From Setoptus koraiensis (Eukaryota > Animalia > Arthropoda), in assembly GCA_048013815.1 (NCBI GenBank), contig CM106585.1, positions 17,112,001 through 17,176,000 of the forward strand: 64,000 nucleotides of DNA, written 5' to 3'. Under the pieces are notes generated by a model. The model was not told where the DNA came from. It did no database searches and was given only the letters and a program-made list of their open reading frames with translations. Made by a program: the position numbers and the translations under genes. Below are positions 24,901 through 37,325 of the stretch, in pieces (the first letter of the stretch is position 1; every line of letters starts with the position of its first letter).

Positions 24901-27900
24901 GACACTGTCACTGATATTGTCAGACAATATGCAAGCAAACTCGTCAGACGTTGTCAGACGTTGTCAGATATCGTCAGCTGTTGTCAGGGCGACAGCGACA
25001 CTCGCCTGTTTCGTGTTTGTACTTCTTTTTTGACAATCAACACGCCGGCGCCATGTTAAAGCGCACTAAATATGATAATAATTGTAAAGTGTGCGCCGTT
25101 TCCCATTTCCATTGAATTGTTGTTGTTGTTGTTATTTTTGCTTTTATCAAATATCATCTATGACACAACATAATTAAGACATGCTCGGCCGCTACCAAAC
25201 ACAACTGGCTCACAATGAGTTGCCAGTGAGAGTTGTCAGTGTTGCAAATGAGCCAGCTAACCTAATTGCAATTGCGCCATTTCAATTGTCTCAAGCGGCT
25301 TGCATAATGCAAGTTGCATGGATGTCGTGCATGAACCAATTGCAAACAACAATCGCTCATAATTAATTAATAATTAAAGCTCTGACGTGCGCTAATTGAT
25401 TGTTGAGGCTGCACTCATTGCCAACGATACAATACGATTTATGCCCATACGTTGCCCGCATTTGTCCGCTGTTAATAACGCTGCCTTTGGCCTTTGGATA
25501 TTTTTGCTAAATATTTAACATAAATAGTGGCAGCCGCGACTATCTATGTTAAATATTGCATACATCGCCGACATTGTATCGCCGACGCTGCATCGCCGAC
25601 GCTTTATCTGAATCGGATCTGAATTAAATCTCATGTCGACTGTGCACACTGTTCATGCACGCCGGCACAATGTAACTCACAACTGCAAACGCACAATGGT
25701 ATCGCACCAATTATCCGATCGACACCGACGCAATTGATACAGTTAGACGCCGATACAGTCGCCGTGGCACTGCTGCCGTTACGAATTGCGCACGAGCTCC
25801 GCTCGGCAACAACAACGGCAACAACAACAGCAACAACCACGACAGCAACAACCACGACAGCAACAACCACGACAGCAACAACCACGACAGCAACAACCAC
25901 GACAACAACGCCGTTGGTGACAAGTAGCCGGCTAGACGTGTGCTTGTGTATTTGTTTGTGGTTGATCGTTTGTCGTATGAGCACAAGAATGCAACGGCGT
26001 CCTTGTGTCAAGTACAAGTTGTATCATACAATATTTATAAATGTATGAAACACAAGTGATTGAAACGGAGAGGATCAAGATGAAACGAATAGCGGATCGG
26101 CCTGATCGGGCCTGATGAAGAGCGCGCCGATTTGAGAGAGCCTCACAGGATGATTGGTCGCTCAAGTGCATTGTGTCTGGCTGCAATTGGCAATAGATAA
26201 TTGAAACAATCATTATCGGATAATGATTGTTTAATTATCCGCCAAATTGAAACAATCTAACAACAATCTAATAACAGTGATAACGATACATGCCATCTCA
26301 GCACACGTAGTTGCTGTTGCTTGTTGTGTCAATTGTGTGCGCTGTCTCAATGGTTGGCCTCGTTTTTCGACTGGCTCATTGCGCAAATTGGTCGCTCATT
26401 GTGGCGACCAATTTGCAAATAATCATTGTTCAATCATTGTTTGGCTCTCTGGCTGCTCTTTGGCTGGCTACGGATGCTCCTTTGCTGGCTATGGATGAGA
26501 CTGGAGCACTGTCTCGCTGCCTCGCTGTCAGACAGACCGGGGTCGCAACAATGGCTGGCTCAATTGTCTAGTGGCACAGGTTGCAATTGCGTTTGTGTTT
26601 GCTGATCGCAATCTCGCGCTAGCTCGCCGGCTCGCCGGCTCGAATGCTTGAATATCTAATACCAATATAATAATGATAATATCCGCCATTGTATCATGCA
26701 ATTTGTGTGCGTGGTGCAGCGTTCGTGCTACAAAGTGAGTCAAGTATGAGATACAAACAAACACAATTGTAACAAGACACACACACACAAAGTGAACACT
26801 GTCAATTACCTAGCGACAATGTTGCGCCCGACGATCGCTTATCGTTTTGTTGTTGTCGTTGCGCCTGTTGCGGCTCTATGCGCCGCGGTCAGAGTTGCCG
26901 TCGTGGTCGTCGTGGTCGTCGCTGTTGTCGTTGCCGTCGCTGTCGTTGTTGTCGTCGTCGTCGTTGTCGTTGCCGTCGGTGTCGTTGTTGTGGGGCACAC
27001 AAAGCGACGACCGAGACACAGCAAGTTGCAACTTGAAACTGGCGACTGCCAACAACGACACTAGGAAATGGCTTTCGGATGCGAGCCGCACCACACAACA
27101 ACAACGCACAACAACGTCAGCTGATGCAAGTGGCCCGTGACTGTTATTTGCAATTGTGCTTACAAAGGCTAGTTACACAAATTGTTGTGCGAGCCGGTGC
27201 GAGCCGGTGCGAGCGACAACCGACAGCAACAACCGGCAACCGATGAGCGGCAACAGCAAGCGACAGCAACAACCGACAACAACCGACAGCAACAACCGAC
27301 AACCGGCAACCGATGAGCGGCAACCGCACACTGACAAGTCATCTGGCGCTCAGCTGACCATTGGCCGATGCCACTTGCGATGCTCAATTAGCCAATTGAG
27401 CATCGTCAAGTTACATCAGCCGGTCGTATGCAGCGTGCGGTCAGTGCTGCCACTGACGTTTCGAGTGGCGTTGCGAGTGTCGTTGCGACAAAAGTGGCCG
27501 CGGCGCAAGCGAAACGTCATGACAGCGCCGGCACAGCGCATTGCACAACCAGTATCGCACAATATCGCACAACTGGCCGGTTGAGCGCGGATCCCGCCAA
27601 CATTGTGTCGGCCAAAATTGTGTCGGCCAACATTGTGTTGGCTACACAAACTGCACATATGACCGCTCATATGACTGCATCATATGGCGCGTATGACAGT
27701 CGGTGATATGAGTCGCTCATAATGAGTCGCTCATAACGAGCGAGCGGCCAGTGCGCTGGCAATCAAAACAAAGGCAATCATTATGTAATGGCCGACAAGC
27801 GATTGTTTCATTTGCGGCTGGGCCTGTATCGCTGTATGGCCGTGTGTTGCGGCCGTTGTGATACATGTTGTGATACATGTTGTGATACATGCTGTGATAC

Positions 27901-30900
27901 ATGCTGTGATATGGGGACAGGGCGACGCGGTGATCATGATGGCATCGCCTGACGCCGGCCAGCCGCACCAGCGAGCCATATCGCACAACAATAACAACAA
28001 TAACAATTGTTGTGCAATTGCCGCGCTGAAACAACAAACTCAACACTGCTACCAAAGTGGCCACAGTTTGTTTGTGGCCAACAGCGCCGGCCAGACGCCA
28101 AAACAAACACTGTTTGCTGTTTGCTCTACCTCTAACCTCTAATTAGCGACACCTCTGCACCTCTGCGCCTCTAAAGCGGCGACGATGATCTGAAGCGGCC
28201 ATGATGACGACGATTGCGAGCGAGTCGCAACTTGTCGGCGCTACAGCCATTAGTTGGCTAGTCGACTAGTTGGCTAGCTTGGCGCTTGGCGTCGCAAATC
28301 ACCGTCGGAGACTCTGACTCGCAAGGGTGACTCAACAGCAACATCTCACAATATCTCTCATTTTTGAGCGATATTGTGAGCGAGCTCAACCTGATTGATA
28401 TCACTCGCCATTGATACTGTTAATATGGGCACTAATGCCACCACAAACAAGCGACCAACAAAACAATTACAATTGTAAATGTGCGCCACATTTAATCTTG
28501 CAAATCTCTTATCTGGCAAATAACTGCCAATATGCTGCGGTGATGTGCTGCGGTGATGTGCTGATCCACTGATACTACTGTGACAGTATTGTTGTCAAAC
28601 TGTCACCAGTGTGTCGGCGCGAGTAGCTGCCGGCTGTCAAGACCGATTGCTCACAAGTCTCACGAGTGTATTGTCAATGCAACATTGCGCTGTTGTTGTA
28701 CATTTGTATATACTAGACATTTGTAGAGTAGACAAACAGTATTGCACAGGCACGACAGCCATTGTCGATATGTCACTTTTTACAAATGATGATGCGCAAA
28801 TTTACCCAACAACAGCCGCCCCCGCAACAACCGCACCAACAACGACAACAACAACGACACCAACAACGACAACGTTGGGCAACTAGCGCGCTCGTCAGAG
28901 GCGATCATCAGCCAGCGACGTTGTCAATTGTCGCCGGTTGTCAATTGAGTCAATCGAGTCAGTCGAGTCAATCGACAAGCGGCCATTGTCTGCCAATTGT
29001 CTCACCATCAGTCTGACAACACACAGTCTCACAACACTCACAGTGAGTCGTGTGTGTCGTCAATGCGAACGAACAAGAAAACTTTTCCATTTATCCGTCC
29101 ACTATCTTGCCAATGCAATCTCGCAAATCTCGCATCTCGCCAGCGATAATCTTTTTGGCGCCAAGTGGCAATGAGACTGCACTGAGGCTCGCAATCTGTC
29201 TCATTGTCGCTGCAAATTGTCTCATGCTGACTGACAAACTTTGTCGTCGTTTTGTGCCAATATGATGCTAACACAATTAATATTTATATAACTAATTACT
29301 ATATTTGCTATGTGCTCTCACAATATCTTGACATATCTCAACATATCAAATATGCTCTGACAGTATCGCAGTATCACAGCATCGCAATATCACAATATCA
29401 CAAAAGATCAAATATGCCCTGCAATCCATTTGCAATCGAAAATCCATCGGTTGCTTGGTCGCGTTTGCTGCCACCGATCGACCCGGCGCGGTACCCGCGC
29501 CGACACTCCCACTGTCACACTCTGACAACTAGATCAAACCCGTCGCTAGAAGGTCAATGACGCCTGTCCAACCAGCTGCAACTGTCACACCAATGCCAAG
29601 ACCCGGCCATCATCATGATAATGATGCCCACATTGGCAGCGACACCTATTTTATAAATTTGCATACAATGCCAGCAGTTGCAATTGCACTTGAATCAATT
29701 TATCCGTCAACCATCACTAATATGCCACAACTGACTCGTGAACAACCAGACCCGCACCCAAACTCAAACTCAACAGTAAAATGAATCACAAAAACTTGCA
29801 AGTTACTGCAAGACTCTTGTTTTGTCTTACATCGACTGAATTACGTACAGTACGTTTTGTCGCTTAATGTCTTAATCGTTGAAAGAATCGTGCAAAGTCT
29901 GCAAAGTTCATGGACTCGCCTCAGAGAAACAATTCTTCGCCTTCGTCTGACAGTCGCAGCGCTCGCCGATTTGACTCTCATCGACACAAATTGACATACA
30001 CACACACACAGTTGCTGTGACAGTATTATGTCATCCAAATGTCCTTTGCCAGTCAAAACTAACCGCTATTCGCATGCCGCTACACTTATGCTAGCCGCCA
30101 TTAATACTGCGCCACACTTGCCAAGCTAGACACAAATAGAGTCTCACAAATAGACTCTCACAGACACTGTCACAAATGAAGCCGTTATGGAGACGTGTCG
30201 CGAGTCTAGACGAGGCCAAACTGTAGACGTCATTACACTGCTGCACCTAATGTTTGTTTGTTTGTTGCCATGACTCACCAATGAGCCCTCGTAATAACCG
30301 TTATCATTGCAGATTAATGGCACCCATTTGTTTGTTAGTTGTTATCGAACGATTCTCGGTGATTCGCAGCGATTCGCAGCGATTCGCAGCGATTCTTGGC
30401 GATGATGATGAATAAATCAGAGATTATGAATCCATTTCTATCTCTGTAATTGACACACGCAAGTCAATTCTCGGTCTGTTATATTAACACTACATCGCAG
30501 ATTGACATTGTGCCGACTGTATCATTATGTCGAGGCAACAAAAAGTGTATTTGCATCGGCAAGCTTACGAGCAAGAATAATCAATAAACAACAACAACCG
30601 CTCGAGTTAGTTCGAACCTGTCAGTGGCGTATTAGTTGCTGTTGCTGTCGTTGTTGTTGTTGTTGTTGTTGTTGTGTCCGTGATCCCGACAGTTTCGGGC
30701 CCAATGCTGTTGCATCCATAATTTATAGCTGCCGTACAGAAGGTTGTATGAGCTTTCATATTAACGACCGTTAATCTAACAAGAGCCAAGTACAGACAAA
30801 CACATAACAGCAACAACAAATTTGAACAAAATAACTCTCACTACTTCTATCTGGCTGCACAAACACAATTTTCTCATTTCTCGCTACATTCTGTGCAAAT

Positions 30901-31812
30901 CTTTGTTTGAGAATTATTATTGCCGACGATAATAATCATTAACGAGGTACCCCCAGAAGCAGCCGAATGGTCGCTGCTCTAAACTACTGCTGCCACTTCA
31001 ACTGCTGGCTACTTTAAACGAACTATCATGATTATTGAGATAAATTGGCTGGCGCGCTGTCGGTTCGGTTAACTGTCATGAGGTGCCCCTAAATTCGTCG
31101 GCGCACTAACTGTGCCAGTTAGTGTGACTTTTGTCAAAATGATTAAGATATTTCGAATGGTGCAACGTATACTATCACTCACTTCATTTATGCGGCCAAC
31201 ACTTGACTCGACGACTTCTTTGACTCGACGCTAGGTCCAACTAGCTTCGCTAACAGCTAGCTGCAACAACATATGACATGCAATATAAAGATGCAACAAG
31301 ATGGCCGATTCGCCCGATTTCTAGGCGGCACACTCGAGATAATCAAATCAAAGCTTCATATGTGTGTGTTCACATATGAATTCACACCAAGCGCCACCAT
31401 AACTAAGTTGACAATCTTAATCACATTAGCGTGGCTCTATCTTTTGCGACCGGTCTAAACAAGTCGCTAAAAAGACAGCCAGCAATGCAGTTTGTGCCAA
31501 TTGCGATTAAAAAGAATGCTGCTCATGACACATGTGCTGTGTTGGACATTCTCTGGGCCCAAACGAGGCCCGCCCTGTACAATAATAAATGAAACATGGA
31601 CAAAGTAAAGCATTTAGCGTTGCAGTTTCGCCTGCGAGTTTCACCAAAAACTATCCACACATGAATATCGAGCAATGATACTGGTCAGGCCCGGCGTCTT
31701 GCGGGACTTTGCGTTGCGCATCCATTCGCGGATGTTTCCTGTGACATACACAAATCTCTATGGTTGTAATTGTTGTCATTGTTCACTTGAGCGAAGCTCG
31801 GACAATCCGAAC

Positions 31813-31888
31813 GTGAATTGCGGGGGCGCTACTAGTGAATTGCGAGGGCGCTAAAAGTGAATTGCGAGGGCGCGAATGGTGAATTGCA
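31813..31888. repeat. 22-bp tandem repeat GTGAATTGCG(A/G)GGGCGC plus variable tail, about 3.5 copies
   Basis: gtgaattgc starts at 31813, 31835, 31857 and 31879. Confidence 0.85.
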
Positions 31889-32975
31889 CCACACTGACAG
31901 TCCAATTGTGAATTCAATCATTTAATTTCAATGTGCGCCCTTGTCGAGATGGTAATCAATCAAGTATCGCACTGGCCATCCATCAAGTTTTGAGGGCAAC
32001 TTCTTTTGAATCGCGCGCTGCAGTCTCGCTTGTTACTCGAGAGCGCCTCGGTGACTATTTACACTCGCTAATGGCTCTATGAGCTCATATACACAAACTA
32101 ATCAATACACTGCACATATAGCACCCTCTGTATTCGAATCCTGTAAGCCACATAAATACTCTTGCCAACTCTTGAATGTAGGGTGTCCACTTAAAAGGGG
32201 AACTCGACACTGTTGATAATGAGCAGATAATACCTCTACTATCTCGGTAGCGAAAAGTTCGCAATTTTCTCTCAAGAGGTCACTCAAGTTGTTCTTCCGC
32301 TTTACGCAGCACTCGCACTGCAAGACACACACAAGCCCCTATGGGGGCCTCTTTGGCTCGCTGCATACGCACAGATATTACAAGCTGTGCCTGGGACAGG
32401 GTTATTGTGTGCCATTTTAGAATTCGTGCAGCCCCTAGCAAAGTAAACGAGACATTGATGCTCAGTGGCCGTCTCGAACTAGAAAACTGAACTTTTGTGC
32501 AGCACAGTGCCAGCACAACAATCATGAGTTGATTGGGCCAGCAAGCTTCCACAATAGACTGTGTGAGAGGCACTTTTTCGCGCGACCACTCAGTGAAACT
32601 ATTGTTGGCAGTGCAAGACAGTGTTACGATAGAAGCGATTCTAGTTCAAGGAGTCGAGGCAAGAGGGCGTCAAGTGCGCCGCACAATGCGCTGTAAAGGC
32701 GCCTGGCCCAATCTAACTGTTGTCATATTGTGTGTGTTACAGCTATTTCCATAAAGCACCATTCTGTCGATCTTGATGGTGCCTGGTCGAAGGCTACACT
32801 TGGCCTACTCTCGTCAAAATGGCACGGAGCAGCGCCACCGGGCGCACACACAACGCAGCACTGACAGCTTGTGTCACAAGCCTTGTGAGTTTGCACTGGG
32901 ATCACATCACACGACAACAGTAGTGAATTTTGTTCGCTCAATTGGCAGAGGCGTGGACCCACAGAGTGCCCCTCG

Positions 32976-32978
<3 letters not shown>

Positions 32979-33024
<46 letters not shown>
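32979..33024. repeat. (AC)23 microsatellite
   Basis: Read directly. Confidence 0.95.
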
Positions 33025-33026
<2 letters not shown>

Positions 33027-34656
33027 TCTCTGTTAGAAGGGGGCCCGCAGTGCGCGTTGAGGCTGCTACCATCAAGTATAAAGCCGAGCCAAACGCTTGC
33101 AACGTAAGCTGGCGTTGCTATCTGTCACATCGGTGTCCATGTATGTATATTTAGTTATTTACTTTGGTGTCCTCGTTGGCCATATAATACACGCCAAATA
33201 CATGCAACGACATGGGGCCAATCCCATGCATCGCACACTATAGTCGCTATACGACACTATACGTAGGCCTATTGTAAATATATATGTAAAATATATATAT
33301 ATAAAATATATGTTATATATATATTTGTTATATATATATTGCATGTGTATAGTATGCACGGTTGTAGGGGGGCGCTAGGTGAGCCGTGTGGCGGCGCCAG
33401 CAATGCCGCACTAATGCATTATTAATGTGTGGGCGATATTTTAATTTTTGTTCGGTTGCACTCGCCTGTCCGCCTTGCACACACTGGCCTGTGTGTGGCG
33501 TTCGTCAATGTTGCAATATATTGTTGTTGCGTACGATGTTGAATGCAAATAATCTCTCTTACAAATAGATCAGACAACAAATATAACAATATATAACAAA
33601 TATATCCAATATATATTTATTGGCTTGTCTCTATTGATTCCATCGGATTCAATATATCGCACAAATGAGTGTGTGTGTGCGCGTGAGAATAACGCCGCTA
33701 ACCGAATCTCCATTATTACATGTTTAGACGCAGCACGTGCTTAAGCCGGTACCTATTTATATTATCACTATTATTATTATCATTATTATTATTATTGTAA
33801 ACCCGTCACGCTGCTTAAATAATTAAACATCAACCCACAGAACCTGATCGCAGGACGAAATATTTGAAGGAATTATCACAGATAGCAATCGGCAGACCAT
33901 ACGGACAACATCATATAAAGCAACGCGCCTACAGCTGATTTTCGCATCTCCTCAAAAATTCATCACTTCACATTCATATTACACACACCATAGATAAAAC
34001 AAGGACCACAACAAATGATGAAAGGCACTCATTCAAACTGTGTTAATAAAATATAGTAGAGTGAGTATATGTCATTATTAGAATTAGACTAGTAAGACAG
34101 TAGTCGAAATACTGCGGATCGCGTTACGCAAGCATAATCTTCAAGGCGCGCGCTTCACTGCGGTATATTCAAATACACATACGAATAGTAAACAACAACA
34201 ACACATTTCAAAGGATTCTCTTCATTACCGTATGATATAGTTGTAGAAACAAGGGCGACGTATTACATGTATTGTGTACGAATCATATACATCAAGAACG
34301 AACACGAGTGACAAAGGGCGCACAATGACTTATGCCTTGCGTTTGTCATTTTTTAACAGCTTTATTTTCGTCATTTGTATGTCACAGTGAAACTGTTTCC
34401 GCTGCTTAACATCGCGATTCACAAAAACCAGGTTCTTTGGTCAGAAACCTCATCGTCTTAAAAGCCGTCAATCAACCAAAACGATTTTTCTAATTTACAT
34501 ACATTGTGTACACACACAAGTGCACAATCTGATCTAACTACAACAATAACAATTCAAATTGCATCATATTATCACCATTGGATATTATTCGTTGCTGATT
34601 GTATGCCTTCGAACGGACAATACAGACTCAAAAGGAGGAGTACTAAGAAGTTCAAG

Positions 34657-36306
34657 ATGACTACTTATCAGCATGATAATGGTAACAGTAACGATATACG
34701 TCACGTTACAAACCCTTATCCTGACTGGAACGAAGAAACCAACAACTCCATCCTAAACGCCATTTGTGCTGGCACCAACCATATACGTCAACCAACGCCA
34801 CCACAATCATTACTGCACAACAATAACTCACCAGCACAAATAAAAGAAGACACTCACCAAAATGATGATATTCAAATTGTACAACAACAAACAACAACTG
34901 AAGAATTGCAACAAGAAAAATTCGAATCAATGAATAATCAAATTGACAATACAGTAACCAGAATAGAAAACTTTGCTATTACGGCGGATGGACATTTTGA
35001 TAAGGCATTTCAAAATAAACTAAAAGAACAACTCAAGACACTTCTCTCACAACATGTGAAATCAGAACAAATTGATTGCAATGATAGATCAGTTTATACT
35101 GGCTTACCAGGTGTCTCTCTATTATATCACCATTTATCAACTAATAATAATTTAGATAGTAAATTTCGCGAAGAGTTAGCATCTCAAGCTTCGCACCATG
35201 TAAATCAGTACTTGACATCCATACAAACAGCCCATTTGCACAATAGCAAATGTCCGAGTTACCTCTGCGGAGATCTTGGCGTTTACACGTTCTGTGCTGT
35301 CGCTAGAAATCAACAAAGATTACACCGCGAGGCTTTGGTGCGTACTCTAAGTGATCCTGGATCGATTAATCTAACATTCAATACTTCGGGCGTCAATTCA
35401 TCGTCTCAGTCAGCATCTATAGAACAGATTAATAGTGAACCAAATAACAGCATATTATTAGAGAAAATTCTTGAATTAATTAAGATGCAAGAACAACCTG
35501 GCACCCCCGACGAATTACTCTATGGTCGCACTGGTGGATTGTACGCTATGCTTATAATCAAGAAATACCTGCCCAAACAAACAATTATCAAAGATGAACA
35601 TATTATAGATCACATAGCTTTAATACTCAAATCCGGCCAAACTATGGAAAGCTTTGGACGGCCTTTATTCTATTCGTGGCACGGCAAAGAATATCTTGGA
35701 GCAGCGCACGGTTATTCTGGTATCCTATATATTTTACTCGAAGCCCACAAGTATCTTAACGATGATCAATTAAAGTTGGTCAAAGATGCCGTAAATTTTG
35801 TAGAAGGCACAAAATATCCATCAAACAACTATCCATCATCGATAGGCGGCCAAACTGACAGACTGGTACATTGGTGTCATGGTGCACCCGGAGTTGTGCA
35901 CATGCTAGCGAAAGCCTATCAAGTTTACGGCGATGAAACTTATCTGAATTCCGCACTTGCGTGTGGCGATGTAATTTGGGAGCGAGGTCTTCTAAAAAAA
36001 GGATTCAGTTTATGTCATGGAGTGAGCGGAAACGCGTATGCATTTTTACGATTGTATCAGCTAACTAGTGATCTGAAACACCTCTACAGGGCTGGAAAGT
36101 TTGCTCAATTCTATCTCGAATATAAAGATACTATAACATGGCGAGCAGATAGTCCAGCATCCCTATTTGAGGGTTACGCCGGCCTATCCTACTTTTTAGC
36201 TGATCTTCTGAATCCATCTGAAGCTAGATTTCCTGCCTTTCAATTGTCTACTGCTCGGTCAACCACAAGCACCACACCCACTAAGTCAAGTAGTGATAAA
36301 ATGTAA
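34657..36306 (+). CDS. LANCL2: LanC-like protein (eukaryotic LANCL family), intronless
   Basis: Motifs RHVTNPYPDW, DELLYGRTG, YLGAAHGYSGI, VHWCHGAPG, LCHGVSGNAYAFL and SLFEG. ATG 34657 has good context (CAAGATG); an in-frame ATG also lies at 34603. Assignment to LANCL1 versus LANCL2 is not resolved. Confidence 0.93.
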   Translation: MTTYQHDNGNSNDIRHVTNPYPDWNEETNNSILNAICAGTNHIRQPTPPQSLLHNNNSPAQIKEDTHQNDDIQIVQQQTTTEELQQEKFESMNNQIDNTVTRIENFAITADGHFDKAFQNKLKEQLKTLLSQHVKSEQIDCNDRSVYTGLPGVSLLYHHLSTNNNLDSKFREELASQASHHVNQYLTSIQTAHLHNSKCPSYLCGDLGVYTFCAVARNQQRLHREALVRTLSDPGSINLTFNTSGVNSSSQSASIEQINSEPNNSILLEKILELIKMQEQPGTPDELLYGRTGGLYAMLIIKKYLPKQTIIKDEHIIDHIALILKSGQTMESFGRPLFYSWHGKEYLGAAHGYSGILYILLEAHKYLNDDQLKLVKDAVNFVEGTKYPSNNYPSSIGGQTDRLVHWCHGAPGVVHMLAKAYQVYGDETYLNSALACGDVIWERGLLKKGFSLCHGVSGNAYAFLRLYQLTSDLKHLYRAGKFAQFYLEYKDTITWRADSPASLFEGYAGLSYFLADLLNPSEARFPAFQLSTARSTTSTTPTKSSSDKM

Positions 36307-37253
36307 TAAATATATACTTATAAGACACACACACACACATATATGTAAAAACAATAGGCAACTACAATAACAACAACATTAATTACTGCTACAACTACAA
36401 CTGCTACTACTACCATCGAACTTCTATCATATTGACATGATTAGTTCTTGTTATGCTGTAAATTTAAGCTACAGAGAGAAGAAAAAGATTCACATCAGCA
36501 ACCATTAAGTCACTTGGATACCTTCTCAAGAGTATGATAAAACAGTCAAACTGTGTATAATATGTATGAGTTGAATGTATCACCTAATAACACATTACTA
36601 AAATAAGACCACAACTTCGTTCCGTGCCTGTCACTCTACGAACGCATTACGTAATATTCGTTTCCCCAGCCATACCCTATCTCATTTCTTATCTCAGCGC
36701 ACGATTTCGATCGGGGGTCCAAATTGAGAACCGTTCATTTGGAATGAACGGGCTCAGTTTCATTCAAGGGAGGAGTTCGAAACATGATCAAAATTAGCGT
36801 CATGATTGCACAACATAGCCCGGTTCAGCCGTATCAGTCAAATCAGACCAGGCTCGATTAAAATTGGGACCCTCTTACTGGTGGTTTCACGCGATTTGTG
36901 TCAGACGCCGCACGATTTATGACAGGTGTGGTACCGTTTGGACTACATTTTAAGTGTGAGCATTAGAAATTATTAGAATTAGATCGAGCCACAGGAATAT
37001 CGCAATGAAATATCCACCGTTCCTCTGCGGAGAGCACTGTAGGGGCCTAAATAAACAGAGACTAATCTGAAATTACAAAAATGGGCGTGACCGGAAGCGT
37101 GACGCCAGATAAAAATACTTATCTCGAGGCACTCTATCATACTCACAAAAAAAAGAATACCTGCAGCGAAACTTCAAATAGGCCTTAAATCCAACGAATC
37201 CTTACTAATGAAGTGTCACTAAAAAGAAAGACCTGGCAGCAAAAAATAAAAAG

Positions 37254-37325
37254 TAGCAGAGCGTGGTTTCGATCCACGGTCCTCTGGGTTATGGGCCCAG
37301 CACGCTTCCACTGCGCCACTCTGCT
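37254..37325 (-). tRNA. tRNA-iMet: Initiator tRNA-Met (CAT)
   Basis: AGCAGAGTGGCGCAGTGGAAGCGTGCTGGGCCCATAACCCAGAGGACCGTGGATCGAAACCACGCTCTGCTA. It has the A1:U72 pair, GGG/CCC anticodon stem, GATCGAAA T-loop and a downstream T-run terminator. Confidence 0.98.

Larger units (their letters stand above)
1..33400. other. Gene-poor, repeat- and palindrome-rich non-coding domain (probable regulatory desert or very large intron)
   Basis: No ORF in the track resembles a known family. ORFs are mostly translations of (CAA)n/(GTT)n and similar repeats, often open on both strands. Sequence character changes sharply after ~33.5 kb. Confidence 0.7.

Noticed and set aside
76-30819. The many 60-200 aa ORFs in the track across the first half
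   Set aside because: Most are translations of microsatellites (poly-V, -T, -Q, -C, -N, QHNTT), are open on both strands, often use non-ATG starts and have no family motifs.
31813-31888. CRISPR-like repeat array
   Set aside because: Variable parts are only 4-5 nt, the context is eukaryotic, and there are no cas genes. No CRISPR array was found anywhere in the window.
32294-32415. C-x2-C-x13-C-x2-C pattern on the minus strand (CNICAYAASQRGPHRGLCVSC), like a nuclear-receptor first zinc finger
   Set aside because: Spacing fits, but the HYG motif, P-box and FFRR are missing, a stop follows within six codons, and there is no second finger.
34657-36306. Lanthipeptide cluster or horizontal transfer suggested by the LanC fold
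   Set aside because: Sequence is the ordinary eukaryotic LANCL type; no LanA, LanB or transporter nearby.
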